A DNA stretch of 63,974 nt, filler included, from Catajapyx aquilonaris (Eukaryota), in assembly GCA_000934665.2 (NCBI GenBank). It is 3 parts of 3 records of this genome, joined end to end, with 100 filler letters (N's around TTAATTAATTAA, not from the genome) between each part and the next. Parts side by side here need not be neighbours in the genome. Positions count along the whole stretch, not along the records: positions 21,714 to 43,148 come from JYFJ02006047.1; positions 43,249 to 63,974 come from KZ539497.1; 1 more part is not named here. One strand, given 5' to 3'. This document shows, piece by piece, positions 39,083 to 52,005 of the stretch. The translations under genes were made by a program, and so were the position numbers. A model generated the notes under the pieces. That model was not told the origin of the DNA. It did not search any database and saw only the letters and a program-made list of their open reading frames with translations. Numbering within the stretch: the first letter of the stretch is position 1; each line of letters starts with the position of its first letter.

Positions 39083-41880
39083 GTACCCGCCTTGTAATTT
39101 GGTGCCCACTTTTTTTGTGTGTGTGGTAACGAGGGTTCAGCGCACTGCGAACAACCCTCTTTGTTGTCTCGAAGGAAAGTTGGACAGTGTTGGACATATC
39201 GGCAGCGATTTTAGTTTAGAGGGATTTATGGCAGCCCACACAAAGAATGCAGGTTTTGGGGGGACCCCTTCTAATGCCTTTTACAGCGTACAGGGTGGAC
39301 ACAAAAGAAGCGTCACGTACAGCCGTACAGGGTGGAGCACTGCTCATGTCCACAGTTCAACTGGTTGTTGGGCAATGAACCACTCTTGTACACATAAGTG
39401 TATGACGCAACGGGTGCTGCTGAACACTTAGGTCATAGCTAAAAACTGCTTAGGGAAGTAAGGTTGCAGTCATCTCATTTTTTGATTTATCAACTGCGTC
39501 ACAATTTGCGTACTGGTTTCTCACGGACGAAGCTTTCCAAAAACCTTGTCCGTTTTTACAAGTGCGCCGAGCAACGCCTGCAAAATAAGTAAATTTTTTC
39601 GCAATAATTCATGTCTTCGGATCCTTTACGGGCAAGGACCTTCAGACTGCCATACCCGGAACGCTTCTTTCGAACCCTAAGGGCGGAATTGTCCAATTGC
39701 GCATGTGAATTGTTATTAAAGCAAACTGTGACTTTAAAATTTCTTTAAAAAGTTTCGTTGTTGACATTGTGACTTTAAAAAAAAATGAAAATTCGTCTTG
39801 TCAACTCCAGTGGCACTATTCATCTTTCAATTGTGATCGATGGGTATCCGGCCAGAAGTTTTTTGATTAGCCCGATTGATCAGCCAACACCTGTCAACCC
39901 TGCCCCTAGACACACAGTCCTTTGTTGGGTGTGGCGAGACACACCAAGCTTGTATGTCACATGCTGTCAACTGGCGAAACACCCCCACCTACTGATAAAA
40001 GAGTGGTCGATCCATTTACTAGCCATTTAGACAAGGAGTTTAGAAGCAGAGTGGGGAGGGCTTATATAGACAGTTAAGCTGACCACCCCTTTCAAGTAGT
40101 ATAAATCCTCCCGTTATATTCAATTGGTGTGAAAATTATCTGATCTTTTTTACTCAAGTCTTCTGGTCCTGTCAGCAGCTCTTTGGATCCCAGGGGGGTT
40201 CATTATGTCTGGGGTTTTGAGGATGGGAGACGCCATGCTGGGCTCAATTTTTGACCTAAAATGGCCGAAATTTTGCTTCTGCAGCACAGCTCTTTCAAGC
40301 TTGATAGGCCGGCTATTTTTGGTGGCCACTTGACTTCTTGTGGGTCGAGGACCTCTGGAGTGATTGAGGTGATTTAACCATATGATTTAGTAATGATGCC
40401 TTTGACGTGGGCACGTGAACGACATTATTTGGAAACTACCATCAGCTGGTAACTTTAAAAAAACCCGACAAGAAGTGGCCGCACTTTGATGACCTCGCGT
40501 GTATAATCAGGCCGACCTTGATGAAGCTACTCAGGAGGTCAAGTCCGGCTACATATTGGTAATTGGTAATTTGCCCCGGAAATAATACACGACAAACGTA
40601 AAAGGGTGGGGCAAAGTCAGTTCGTAAATCATTTTGCGGAACATGTGTCATATGTGTGTACATGTGATTATTATATGGGAGGCGTAGGCAGCGCCTCCAT
40701 GTTTCTGCTTCTTTTTTTTGTAGTGTGTTGTTTCTTATTCCAGCGGGTTCTTTCCCAAGTAGGAAGATTTAGACGTTAATGTTTTAATGCATGGGGAGGT
40801 TTGGAAGTGGTGAGGGGGGGTGCTTCCATAAGAGTCAGAGCCCTCCTTTTTGGATGGTTGCCTGCAGCGGGGCCAAGTCAGCCAAGGACAAAAAGACTCA
40901 CCCTGCACTTATACAATGTAGCTCGGAATTTATTTCCTTGCCTGGTCGTGTGGGCGTCACGTCATGCCGCGTCTTGTATTACGTTCTTGTTGTTGTAATT
41001 CCGTTCAAGTTGTAAACATTTTTAAAATTCATGTCGTCGAGATTAGCGCACGTACTGCTCTGGTTCAGTGAACCGCTGCTGTTTCGACTGAACGTACTTT
41101 GCCCTATACAAAAATATCAATCGACCTGACCTTACACGCTTATAATATAAGCAAAAAAGTGTGTGACCTCATCGTTTCATTTGGTAACGCACGAATGTAA
41201 TTAATAAGTTACTAACTGCGCACGTGTCAATGAGTTAAGTCAGCTTGTTTAGAGAGGGGGACTTCCTTGTACACAGTGAACATAGCTAAAATTATGATCG
41301 TGAAGTGTGAAACACTGTACAGTGTGACGCACGCTTCTATTCAAAATATCCGGCGGCCTCATGCCCTCATTTCTCAGTTATTAAAAACCACATGTTCAAT
41401 TCTTTAAATATATTTTTCCGCCAACTTCTAAAAAGTCCATGTTGCTCCAAGAAATCATTCGTTATTTTAACTACAGTAACTAACACATTGTTATGTAAAA
41501 CAATATGGTGTAAAAAAATTTAGACAAAAATTGTTTCAACAATTACATTCATTGGGGCACCAAATCAAACTGCTGTGGTGCTAATATTCGGATTGTTGAG
41601 GACATGTTGTGGTATGAAAAAAGAGGCAATCAATTACATCCCTATTGATAAATAACGTGCTTGACGTTCGCCTTGGGTTGAAGAGCCAAATTTGGCCTCA
41701 TAAATAAATCCATTACTGTATATGTGTTTCCCAACTGTTTATAAACCGCAACGCAATGGTTTGAATGATTCGATATAAATTGGTGGGGTGAGGCAGGGTC
41801 ACGACTTGTTTGTTGAAATGGTACCAAAAGGAATGATTGTTGGACAGTTCCCATCAAGGTTTCCAATTTCTCTCCCGCAG

Positions 41881-41964
41881 GCACACGTGGTCGCAGCCTT
41901 CGAGCAAAGTCTATCCAACATGACACAGCGACTGCAGCACCTCACAGCCACCGCCGAACAGAAG
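41881..41964 (+). CDS. sick: Neuron navigator exon
   Basis: AHVVAAFEQSLSNMTQRLQHLTATAEQK, a conserved NAV coiled coil; ccgcag| and |gtgagt. The gene continues beyond the contig end (AAA ATPase domain not in the window). Confidence 0.95.
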
Positions 41965-43148
41965 GTGAGTTCAAATTTAAATTTTAAATTTTTTAAAAAA
42001 TAAATGCTCAGCCATAAAGCACCTGATTACATAAAGGTGCTTATTCAAGGCTCCTAATTATCACACGTAATAGACTCGCTTCCCGGTAATTAAGTATGAG
42101 CACTTCCGGCAATTAGGAATTTCCTCCTGGCAGCCTGAATTGCTGCAAAAAAAAAAAATTCAGTGCTAACTTCTTCACTTTGTAGTGAGAAATGCAGCAG
42201 ATAAATTACAGGGTGCTGCACCACACACAACAGGTGCGAATGAGGGTCCGGCTCTCTCGCAAAACAGGTTGCCAGGACACATACATGTACAATTCGGGGT
42301 CGATTTAAGGCGTGGGCCAAAGGAATAATGAGATTGCGGGGCTGGGTTTGGCCCGAACCCACATTTGCAAGCAAGTAGTACAATATGAGCTCGGCTGTAG
42401 CCCTAAAAAGGAGGACAGGCTGAAGATATGCCAGGTCGACTTTTGCGTGCAAAAATGTGCCAAGCTGCGCCTCTTGCATAATAATAGATTTTTTTTTGTT
42501 GTTGTTGCGAACATCTATACACACTCGAGTCCATAAGAAGTGTTGTTATGATATTGTAGCTTGTTATGTAATAGACAATGACGTATAATTTGCTGATTAA
42601 TTTAATTATTTGCAGGCGACATATTCAATCACTACTTATTGCCCCGCTAATATTTGCTATTAATTTGACAATAAAACGGGATCGCTTTTCTACGCACTAT
42701 TAGTTTAAAAATAAATGTTCACTCACTGAAAAAAATGAATTCGCGTTGAAATTAATTTTTGCAAGTCAGATATTACTCGTACGACTGCCATATTTACGAA
42801 CTTTAAAAATGTAATCACTGTTCTGTGCCAAATGAATTTAAAAATAAATATTCACTCGCTAGAAAATATGAATTTTTGCAGGCAGTACGACTTGGTGTAA
42901 GCTTGTAAAAAAACTCAATTACTCGTCTAATTATTTTCGCTTCGAAGTAGAACACGTATACAGTCGAGCTTACGACCGTAAGAGGCATGAACAAGGACAG
43001 TTATTTATTGAGAAATGGCCCATTACAAACGAAATGAGTGGCGGCCCATTATTCTTTTTCGGCCCATAACGTTAAATATTTTAACACGCTTTGTGAATAT
43101 CCGCCAAAATTTTGTTAAGAAAGACAGCTGCGTTCTCAACCGTACTGT

Positions 43149-43248
43149 NNNNNNNNNNNNNNNNNNNNNNNNNNNNNNNNNNNNNNNNNNNNTTAATTAA
43201 TTAANNNNNNNNNNNNNNNNNNNNNNNNNNNNNNNNNNNNNNNNNNNN
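43149..43248. other. Artificial contig-concatenation spacer
   Basis: 44 N + TTAATTAATTAA + 44 N. Confidence 0.95.
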
Positions 43249-43787
43249 CGCTCAACTGCGAGCGTCTGTCTGACAAGTTTGGGCACAGCGATCGCAGCGA
43301 CATTTTTCGGGGCGAGCGAACGGAACGCCTGTGTGACAGACCCATGACCCATGCGCGCGAAGCGAGCGGGCCGACGAAGCGCACGGAACGCCTGTGTGAC
43401 AGACCCATAAGCCCTGTTGCCTGACAGGGTGGGCGGGTGGGTGGAGGAGAGGAGGAGGAAGAGGCAAAGGTCTTGAGCAACTACGGCTGGGGAAGGTCCC
43501 TACAAATACAAATACAAATACAAATACAAATAAATAATTATTTTTCGGCATTTAGACTTTAAAAAGTAAAGTTTTCGGGCTTTTCCCTTAATGACATGCA
43601 GGTTTAGCATCAGTGCGAAAGTTTTCAGCACTCTCAGAGGTGTGTAAGTGGGTTAAATAGCCGTGACATACATACAAATATATAGCCTACATACCAACAA
43701 ATATTGACGTTTATATAATATAGAGATAGTAATAGCAATTTACAAAAAATATATCGCGTACAAGTGTCAGCACTGCCTAAATTCAAT

Positions 43788-43847
<60 letters not shown>

Positions 43848-43886
43848 ATAATAATAATAATAATAATAATAATATTAATAATAATA
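43788..43886. repeat. Compound (CTA)n(ATA)n microsatellite in the kinesin intron
   Basis: Direct reading. Confidence 0.95.
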
Positions 43887-43893
43887 AAAATAC

Positions 43894-43903
43894 AAAAGGA
43901 TAT
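43894..43903 (-). other. U12-type (minor spliceosome) AT-AC 5' splice site
   Basis: Minus strand reads ...CGA CCA TTC|ATATCCTTTT, matching the U12 donor consensus RTATCCTTT exactly where kinesin similarity ends. Confidence 0.65.
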
Positions 43904-43948
43904 GAATGGTCGCACTCGGACAGCCACTTTTACATTTTCTTCAGGCAT
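43904..43948 (-). CDS. First coding exon of a kinesin motor protein (kinesin-3/KIF28-like N-terminus)
   Basis: MPEENVKVAVRVRPF is the canonical first beta-strand of a kinesin motor domain. Preceded by a plausible 87-bp GT-AG 5'-UTR intron (44062-43976) in a CpG-rich region. Confidence 0.8.
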
Positions 43949-46582
43949 GTTGACCAAGTGGATATTCGCCGCCCTCTGTCATGTGATACCACATTTGTCT
44001 TTATACCATTTTGAAAATACTAAACAGGATCTAGCGGTAATAAATAGATGTTATTATCTTACCTGGTGGCAGCCGGACAAGAAATATGACGCACAATCGA
44101 AATGAAGGACGGCGGCAACTAACGTAAGAAGCTCACCCGGAGTGTTTGCATGATCACAGCTACCATCGTGTTTATAAATTCCCATGGCGACGTTAATATT
44201 TAATGTCTTTCCTTCAGTGTCTCCTGCTCAGAAAGGACCTCCTTGTGGAGGTGTAAAAATTATGACCTACGAAAGAAACCGTGATGCCATTCTGGCAGTT
44301 GCATATTAATAATTTTGTTGACGTAATATTCGTTAATGATACACTGCCGTTGATCACAAACGATGTGATATCTGGGCAGATGACAACTGAGTCGCGGGAA
44401 AATTCTAGATTGAATATGTTAGGGGTTAATCAGGTAACTGAATGTTCCTCTATAGTATAGGAAGTTTCATTTCAGGTAGTCCTACTGCTACTGAGCCATA
44501 AGTACTACATTTCGAGCGAAAAATAATAATGAGGGAATTGAACGTTTATCGATCAGAAAATCCCCCCCCCCCCNCCAAAAAAAAGAGCAAGTTGACCAAT
44601 GCGAGGGATAGCAGGACGAGAAAAAAGTTAGTTGAACGTTCCTCCGTCTGCAGAAATCATACACAACCTATTGTACCGTAGCTGAAAAGAAATTGACCAA
44701 CCAAACATAATTATATAGACTACGAGTGGTTTTCTCTTCTTATACTTTGAATTTAACAATTTTCAAGCCAGTTGCATATACATAACAGAAAAAATTATAC
44801 AGAACCCTCGTCAGTCAAAGTTAACTCGGCAAATATTAACAGATTAGTCTATAATTATGCTATTTCGCTCTTGGGAGCCTAGAAATGTTGCTTATAAAAA
44901 CTCATTGGGAAATGAAGAGATAATGTTGCGATAGTAGTCAAAAATTTCAGGGATATTACACAAAGGGAGCAGTGTAGGTCAGTTTAACCTTTATTGCGTT
45001 GGTACCCGTACCCCCCAAGGGGAGCCCGGGTTACCCATGTCTTAAACATGCAAGCATCATTGTGAAAAAATCGGAACATTCTTACATACAATAATCTGCC
45101 TTGCAGGAGTATCGGGTATTTTCATAATTACAGTGTAATACCTATTGGAGCGGATAGTATAGACAGCAGAATCAGTGTTGATCGATAGTTTTTTTTTCAC
45201 TCTTATACTCTTACTAGCAGGGCGCAGGGGTTCTTCGCACGGGGATAGATAAATGAAAAAAGTTTGTAAAACCTGCACATACTGTATAGTGAGCTAAGTC
45301 AGAGGGAGTGTAAATGCTATATGCTCACGGGCTTCGAACATGTCACATGAGAAAGACCAGTATGTTGTGGCCCAAATAAGGGTGTGAAGCAGCTCCAGTA
45401 TTTTTCATGAAATAATTATGTAATGTAGGCCTATATTAAATCTGACAAACAGTTGCTGGGCCTGATACATCAAAGTAGGCCTACTTGAGGTTATAAAGGG
45501 AGCATTGTGTCCGTTTTTGAAATGTGATCAAAAAGTAGCATAATAGTTTCCGAGTAGTAAGGACAAACAGGATTCGAAGTTGTAATTATCTGAAGCAGTG
45601 TAGGCTACATCTAAGTGTATAGACCACAGCACGACACGACAATGACCAACATACGACAATTCCAAGTAAGGCAGGACATCTGGGCCTAACCCTGATGCAT
45701 ATATACTATATCTTTCCATGCAGGCATACCTGATGGGTTCAGAGACTTGCAGAACACAAATTAATATTTGAAGAGTGGACATGATAAAGGGGGTAAGTGC
45801 CAAAAATATTTTTAAATATTTTTAGATTATGCACTATACGAAACCTCCAAATGCCCCAGATGGCTCATTGGATAGCTGATAGGACTGTGCAGATGCCTTT
45901 TATTTAATTACATATAGGTCAGCAGCGTGGCATGATAACACTAGCACATGGTGGTAATTTGACTTTTAGGCTGCCTGTCACATTATTGACTAGATCCATA
46001 AGGCCTCATTTATTACACTAGCAGCACCTCAGACCGCCTCAGACATATACAGTATGTTGTCTGCAGACCACATGCAGAGGGTCAAAACATCCTATACCCA
46101 GTCCCTGTAAGACTCCCAATGTGTTGATGAGATGCTGAAATGCAATGCTACAGATGCTACTGTGGCCTGACATATGCATCAAAGTAATGCTCACCACATG
46201 CCAACGAACCCTTGACATCCTTCACAATTCAGAACAATAAAGAAGTCAAATGCTGCAACTAGATTTTAATTTTCCATCTATTATACTGTACAATGTATGA
46301 TACATTATGCTGTACAGGAAAAGGTAAGAATAGTTTCATATTACATACAACTTCAAAATATGACAAAATATTTACACTCTGTATTTTGGGTTGTGTGTGC
46401 TAAGACCTGAAATGCAGAGAGATCAGCAGCCATAATCTGGTTAAAATTGAGTTACACATTGTGTAATATAGTCCTTGAATTGTATTTTCTGATACTCCAG
46501 TCAGTTTTCTGCTAAAGCATTTAGGGACAGTTGTATAAAAGCAAGTGAGGGAAAGTCTCCCATTATGCATATTTAGAGTATA

Positions 46583-47001
46583 CAGGGTGTCAGTGAATTG
46601 ACCAGTCAGACCTGTATCCGTGGCTCAATTGAGACCAGAGGATCATGTTGTAGAGGAGTCATTATGCCTGGGCAGCCTCATTACTGAAATAATTGCCTTT
46701 ATACGACAAGTACGAAGTATCCTGGGAGGTATGGAAACCTTCAGCCCCGAAATCTCATCACAGGTGAAAATAGCAGCTTTTCCATTTGGCTACTAGCATG
46801 TCGCTTGTGTACTGCATGTCGCATGTGATCTGTGACAATCTGTGACAATCACTCTCAGGCCCAATCACAAATGATCAATTATCTCAGTAATGAGGCTGCC
46901 GAGACATAATGACTCCTCTACATAACTTAACATGATTCTCTGGTGTCAATTGAGCCATGGGTAGGCCTACAGGTCTGACTGATCAATTCACGGACACCCT
47001 G
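46583..47001. mobile_element. Tc1/mariner-type MITE related to 3865-4296
   Basis: TA-CAGGGTGTCAGTGAATTGACCAGTCAGACC...GGTCTGACTGATCAATTCACGGACACCCTG; same inner arms and core as the 3865 copy, in opposite orientation. Confidence 0.8.
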
Positions 47002-47164
47002 ATATATTCCGACAAAATCAGATTTCGTCCTTAATTTGTATTCGTACAACAGGGCCCTTACATTTCATTAAAAGAATACTTGGAAAAAAAAGGTTAGGGC
47101 AAACACAATCTTGAAACCCTCATATTTTGGAATAATTCTGCATTTCAAATCTTCATACACAGTA

Positions 47165-47690
47165 CAGGAAGTACTCGCTTTACGCCATTAATTGGTTCCA
47201 GCAAAACGCAGAGTGAAAGGGCATAAAACGAAACAAAATTATAATATATAAGTAAGTGAGGTATATACATTCCAAAATTTCCCCACATACAGTACTTAAA
47301 TTGCTGTTTTTAATGCCGAATATTTGAAACATTGATTAATGGGAGGTTCCAGGTTGAGGGTCATCAGGTTCTGAGGGATCATTTCCTTATTTTGGCAAGA
47401 ACTGCAGTACACTTTGGGTATTCAACAACGGTCATAGTACTTCAGGTAGTGCCGAGACCAACAATATGGTACTGTATATATATCGATAGAACCTGCCACA
47501 TGGTACCAGGAGACACAAAAGAAGAGCATTTACGGTCGTGTGTTTGGTCTCAGAAGTGTTCCAGTGATGTGTTTATGTTTAGATGTGTTGTTATCTTCCA
47601 ATTTTTCAAAAATGTCAATAATTTATTTTTTTTCAAATTTAATTTGAAAACCAGCGTTAATGTGAAACAGCGTAAAATGGGTACTTCCTG
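47165..47690. mobile_element. pogo/Tigger-type MITE
   Basis: TA-CAGGAAGTACTCGCTTTACGC...GCGTAAAATGGGTACTTCCTG-TA. Confidence 0.75.
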
Positions 47691-47951
47691 TATATACAAT
47701 ACTGTCTGCAGATAATCAAAATTTGGCATACACTACATGCCCAGTGTACTGGCAGCCCAACAAATCTGTGCACACAATAATATCACATCCCAGCCTTGAG
47801 GATAGGCGTTTGTGGTGTCAAGGCACAAATCTGACTGGCCAGGAATGACTTTCAGTTCTGTAAAAGTATCCTATTATGTGCGCAGATTTGTTGGGCTGCC
47901 AATAATTTAGGAATATAGTACTATAAGCTCTGATCCTAACATCAGAGAATA

Positions 47952-48544
47952 CAAGGGGCGTTCGGAAAGTCTGTACACTTTATTTTTTTATTTTTGCCAC
48001 AAATACAGTGCCTATGCAGGTCAGCAGATAGGCACACATTATCAATAGAACCCTCCTGGAGCCAAATGCACTGGCACCACAGGTGTGGCAACCTCTCCAG
48101 GCCTTCCAGGAACCACTTTTGGAGGTGCAGCGCACCTACTCCTGGACAACTGCTCACAGTCAACAACTGTCAACAATGTCCTGAAAATTGCATCAGCGAA
48201 GGGTTTTTTTCATGGATACAGCTTTGGATGCTTCCACACCCGCTGTACTCCTCGACATGGCACCCAGTAACTTTCAACTGTTTGGATCCATGAAAAAAAC
48301 CCTTCGCCGATGCCATTTCGAGAACATTGTTGAACAGGAAGCAGTTGTCCAGGAGTGGGTGCACACTCAGCACCGCCAAAAAGTGGTTCCTGGAGGGCCT
48401 GGAGATGTTGCCATAACTGTGGTGTCAGTGCATTCGGCTCCAGGAGGATTCTATTGATAATAATGTGTGCCTATACCAGCTGACCTGCACGGGCCCTGTA
48501 TTTGTGCAAAAAATAAAAAATAAAGTGTTTCCGAACGCCCCTCG
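47952..48544. mobile_element. Mariner-derived palindromic (foldback) MITE
   Basis: Termini CAAGGGGCGTTCGGAAA / TTTCCGAACGCCCCTCG; arms of roughly 250 bp are mutual reverse complements; encodes the mariner C-terminus (DMAPSNFQLFGSMKKTLRRCHF...). Confidence 0.85.
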
Positions 48545-49188
48545 TGTACACATAATTTTGTGATCTACCACCACCTTCCCTACATTAAAAATTATACATA
48601 AAAAGCAGACCATTGCAGATCATTTTCACAATGTTGTTTTGAATATTTCCAGCCCTAACATGACATGACAAAGGTACACACAAATCAAATCAACTCAATT
48701 CCAATGTACAGTCAAATGACAGACAAATGTCCACATATACAAAGTTCAAAATTGGTATACAGTGAGGAAGTTTATCGGAAACAAGCCAGGTAAATGCAAA
48801 TGTGTCACGAGGCATCACAGAAATTAGTCATTGGGTCAGCAGTATATTACCAATTTTAATTACACATAGCATGCAGCAAGAACTGCATACAGTGTATGCC
48901 ATGTTATTCAGACAGGAAATTCAGATACCACGTTGTTCTTAATAATAAAGGTATAATAGCAATTCCAGTGACTGATTATCAGGTGGAAATAATTGCTATT
49001 AAACTTTCTTGTCTTAAATTTCAAGCATTCAGGTGATAACCTTCATAATACAGTATGTCTCCACAAGATAAATCTGCAAGTTACAGCTGTAATCTCCTTC
49101 ACATGCCTTGATTTCCAAGTCAGGCAAGAAATATTTAGCAACACTCAGTGGAGTGAGTTAAAGAGCTGCGTACAGTGCCGGACATTAA

Positions 49189-51054
49189 CCCCTTCGGCTC
49201 CAGCCACGGGTATTCAACTAGTTTATGACAAGGTCCAGTAATTACCTTTCCTGGGCCATTGAAGGCCCCCNNNNNNNNNNNNNNNNNNNNNNNNNNNNNN
49301 NNNNNNNNNNNNNNNNNNNNNNNNNNNNNNNNNNNNNNNNNNNNNNNNNNNNNNNNNNNNNNNNNNNNNNNNNNNNNNNNNNNNNNNNNNNNNNNNNNNN
49401 NNNNNNNNNNNNNNNNNNNNNNNNNNNNNNNNNNNNNNNNNNNNNNNNNNNNNNNNNNNNNNNNNNNNNNNNNNNNNGGGGTTGAAGGTCACACGAGCTT
49501 AGATGAAAGTGGGAGATTTGAATGGGTGTGTATTTGATAAAATTGGTAGCACTTTTTCCAAAAAAATCATGAATTAGTAATTTCTAATACTATTTCAAAC
49601 AGTCCTGTATATCGTTGCGGTCCGGACAAAATTACGTCGTGGCCCGCCAGTTGTACAGCCCTGATCTAGGCGATGAGAACTCGACCACCAGGTACCAGCT
49701 ATACCTCAATCGCCCAGATTCTTTTTGCTTCCGTTCCACTTGCAAATAAGGACAAGATATTTTACAAATAATTAATAACAGGTATACTTTTACATTCATG
49801 CTCTACACAATGCATGTGTTGGAAACAATTTTACTCGTATAGAAGTCCGCAAATTAATTCCCAAAAAGATCGTCACACAGTATACCCGCTATATTTCCAC
49901 CTAGATTTTCCCTCCTGTTCAACTTACAAGTACTCTGAAGGTAAGGGCAAGATATTTTACAAATAGTAACAGCTGTACTTAGCCGTTCATGCAAAACACA
50001 ACGTATACATTGGAAACAATTTTCCTTGGCTATAAGTCTGTATATTAATTTCCAAAAATATCGCTGTAAAACAAAACAAGTGGTTATTAACCTTTTCAAG
50101 CCTCCGCAACCCTTTGTAGACAGTTTGTTCTTGTCGCACCCCCTATACCAGGGGTGATTGATTACATTCACAGTTAGACTAAGTCCAGCCGGCGCTGGTG
50201 GTCTGGTGGTTAGCGCGCTCGCCTCTAGACCCAAAGTTGTGCGTTCGAACCCGGCCAAGGTCGGTGACTTTTCTGCAGGTGGTAGAAAAGTGAGAGTGCG
50301 CCTTCCTTCGGAAGTAAAGCTGTCGGTCCCATGTGCTTGTGACATTGCGTGAGTGCACGTTAACGATCCCCAGAGTGACCAAATTTCCAGGAGGAGGGCC
50401 ACCCCCTGGCGTCGGTGTTGAGCCTTAGCAGCAGAAATAGGCAGATGTTAAGCCCTGCACTGATATGTTAGCGCACCCCCAGGTGAGCCACCTCACACCC
50501 CCTAGGGGTGTGGGCACCCCAGGTTATGAACCGCTGCTGTAAAAGATGAAAATCCAAGTACTGCAGGCCATCTATTAGGCTGATTTAATTATGAAATACG
50601 TTAAAATATACAGAATAACAATCTTGAGAACCATGCCAAAAGACTTTGGTGAATCATTGTACTTTCGGAGAAATAAATTAATACTTTTGTGCGACTTGCC
50701 TGTCACTTGGATTACTACCAAATTTATACTTACTTCTCGAAAAGTACGACGATTGTTATTCAGTATATTTTAACGTATTTCATAATTAAATCAGCCTAAC
50801 AGGTGGCCAGTAGTACTTGGATTTTCATCTTTTATAGTGATCTTTTTGGAAATTAATTTAGGGAGGGAGAATTGTTTCCAACACATCCATAGTGTTTTCC
50901 ACGAACGGGTAAATATAGCTGTTATTATTTGTAAAATACCTTGTTAGTATCTTCAGCGCATGTGTAAGCAGAAAACTAGGTGATGCCGGGTATAGCCGGT
51001 ACTGTGCGATCGAGTTCTCATCGCCTAGATTCTAGGTGGCTGGGGCCGAAAGGG
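49189..51054. mobile_element. Non-autonomous piggyBac-like element (contains a 207-N gap)
   Basis: TTAA|CCCCTTCGGCTCCAGCCAC...GTGGCTGGGGCCGAAAGGG|TTAA; internal inverted repeats at 49665-49703 / 50989-51029 and a hairpin at ~50540-50833. Confidence 0.75.
50188..50465 (+). mobile_element. tRNA-derived SINE with Nin/Ruka-like core
   Basis: Box A TGGTCTGGTGG, box B GTTCGAACC, core GTAAAGCTGTCGGTCCC...GCACGTTAACGATCCCCAG...CAAATTTCC. Confidence 0.75.
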
Positions 51055-51700
51055 TTAATTCCGTCGTACTCCTAGCGACATTTTCTGAAGCAACAGCAGA
51101 ACATATCAAAGGTGCATCGAAGTGATAGAGTGCAAGTCTTGCTTTTAAGAAGTGGAGGTAGGCCCTGTGTGACATCACTAACTGGGCGCAAGCTTTTTTC
51201 CAGATTGTTTCTTACTCACAAGACTCGCACTCTATCACTTCGATTCGATGTGTTCTTCTGCCGGTTTGGAAAATGTCCCTAGCAGTACGACGGAATTAAT
51301 GTCCAGCACTGTACCAACAGGTGACAAGTTCTAGTTCTTTTACAATCACTGACTTGCCAGTTGGTTAATGACACTCAGACTAAATCCTGTCTTGCAAGCA
51401 TCATGAACTTCTTCCAAAGTGTTGTGAGGTTGACAATGCTTCCCATGCAACCCCCTTGCAACAGCATCCCTATGGCGTGTTCTTATTTTCTCATTAATAT
51501 TATTGAGATTCAAAAATAGACCACACACACACACATGACAGGGTCCTACCTTTTCAAAAAGAATTGTCTTATGTCTATTTTGCATTACTTCTTAACCACA
51601 ATAATTGGTAATACAGTGAAGCCTGCCTTCTGCAAACCCTGATGCAGTGTTAACTGTACAAGCTGAAAGTGTTTGTAATTCCATGTTGCAAGATGCAATA

Positions 51701-52005
51701 CAGTAGAACCCCGATTATCCGACCGTCCAGCTCTGGCAATAATTCTATGTTTTCTCATGAAATACTGTAATGTTAGACGCATTTGTTTGTTTTGCCTTAG
51801 TTAAATTGTGAATACAGTACAGCAGAGTGTGTAAAAGAAAACTACTTCACTATTTATTAGAAAACCATAATAATGTATGTTATTTCATGTTTTTATTTTT
51901 TTCTTGTGTTTTATTCAGGTTTTTTTACTCCTTGGATTATCCGACCTTTTCGGTTATCTGACGATGCCCCAGTCCCGTGGGTGACGGATAATAGGGGTTC
52001 TACTG
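51701..52005. mobile_element. pogo/Tigger-type MITE
   Basis: TA-CAGTAGAACCCCGATTATCCG...CGGATAATAGGGGTTCTACTG-TA. Confidence 0.85.

Larger units (their letters stand above)
49173..51311. mobile_element. TA-flanked MITE split by a nested piggyBac-like insertion
   Basis: Left TIR CAGTGCCGGACATTAA is continued after 51058 by TTCCGTCGTACTCCTAGCGACATTTTC. Right TIR GAAAATGTCCCTAGCAGTACGACGGAATTAATGTCCAGCACTG-TA. Confidence 0.75.

Noticed and set aside
41881..43957. Apparent convergent NAV-kinesin cytoskeletal gene cluster
   Set aside because: Separated by an artificial spacer, so the adjacency is an assembly artefact.
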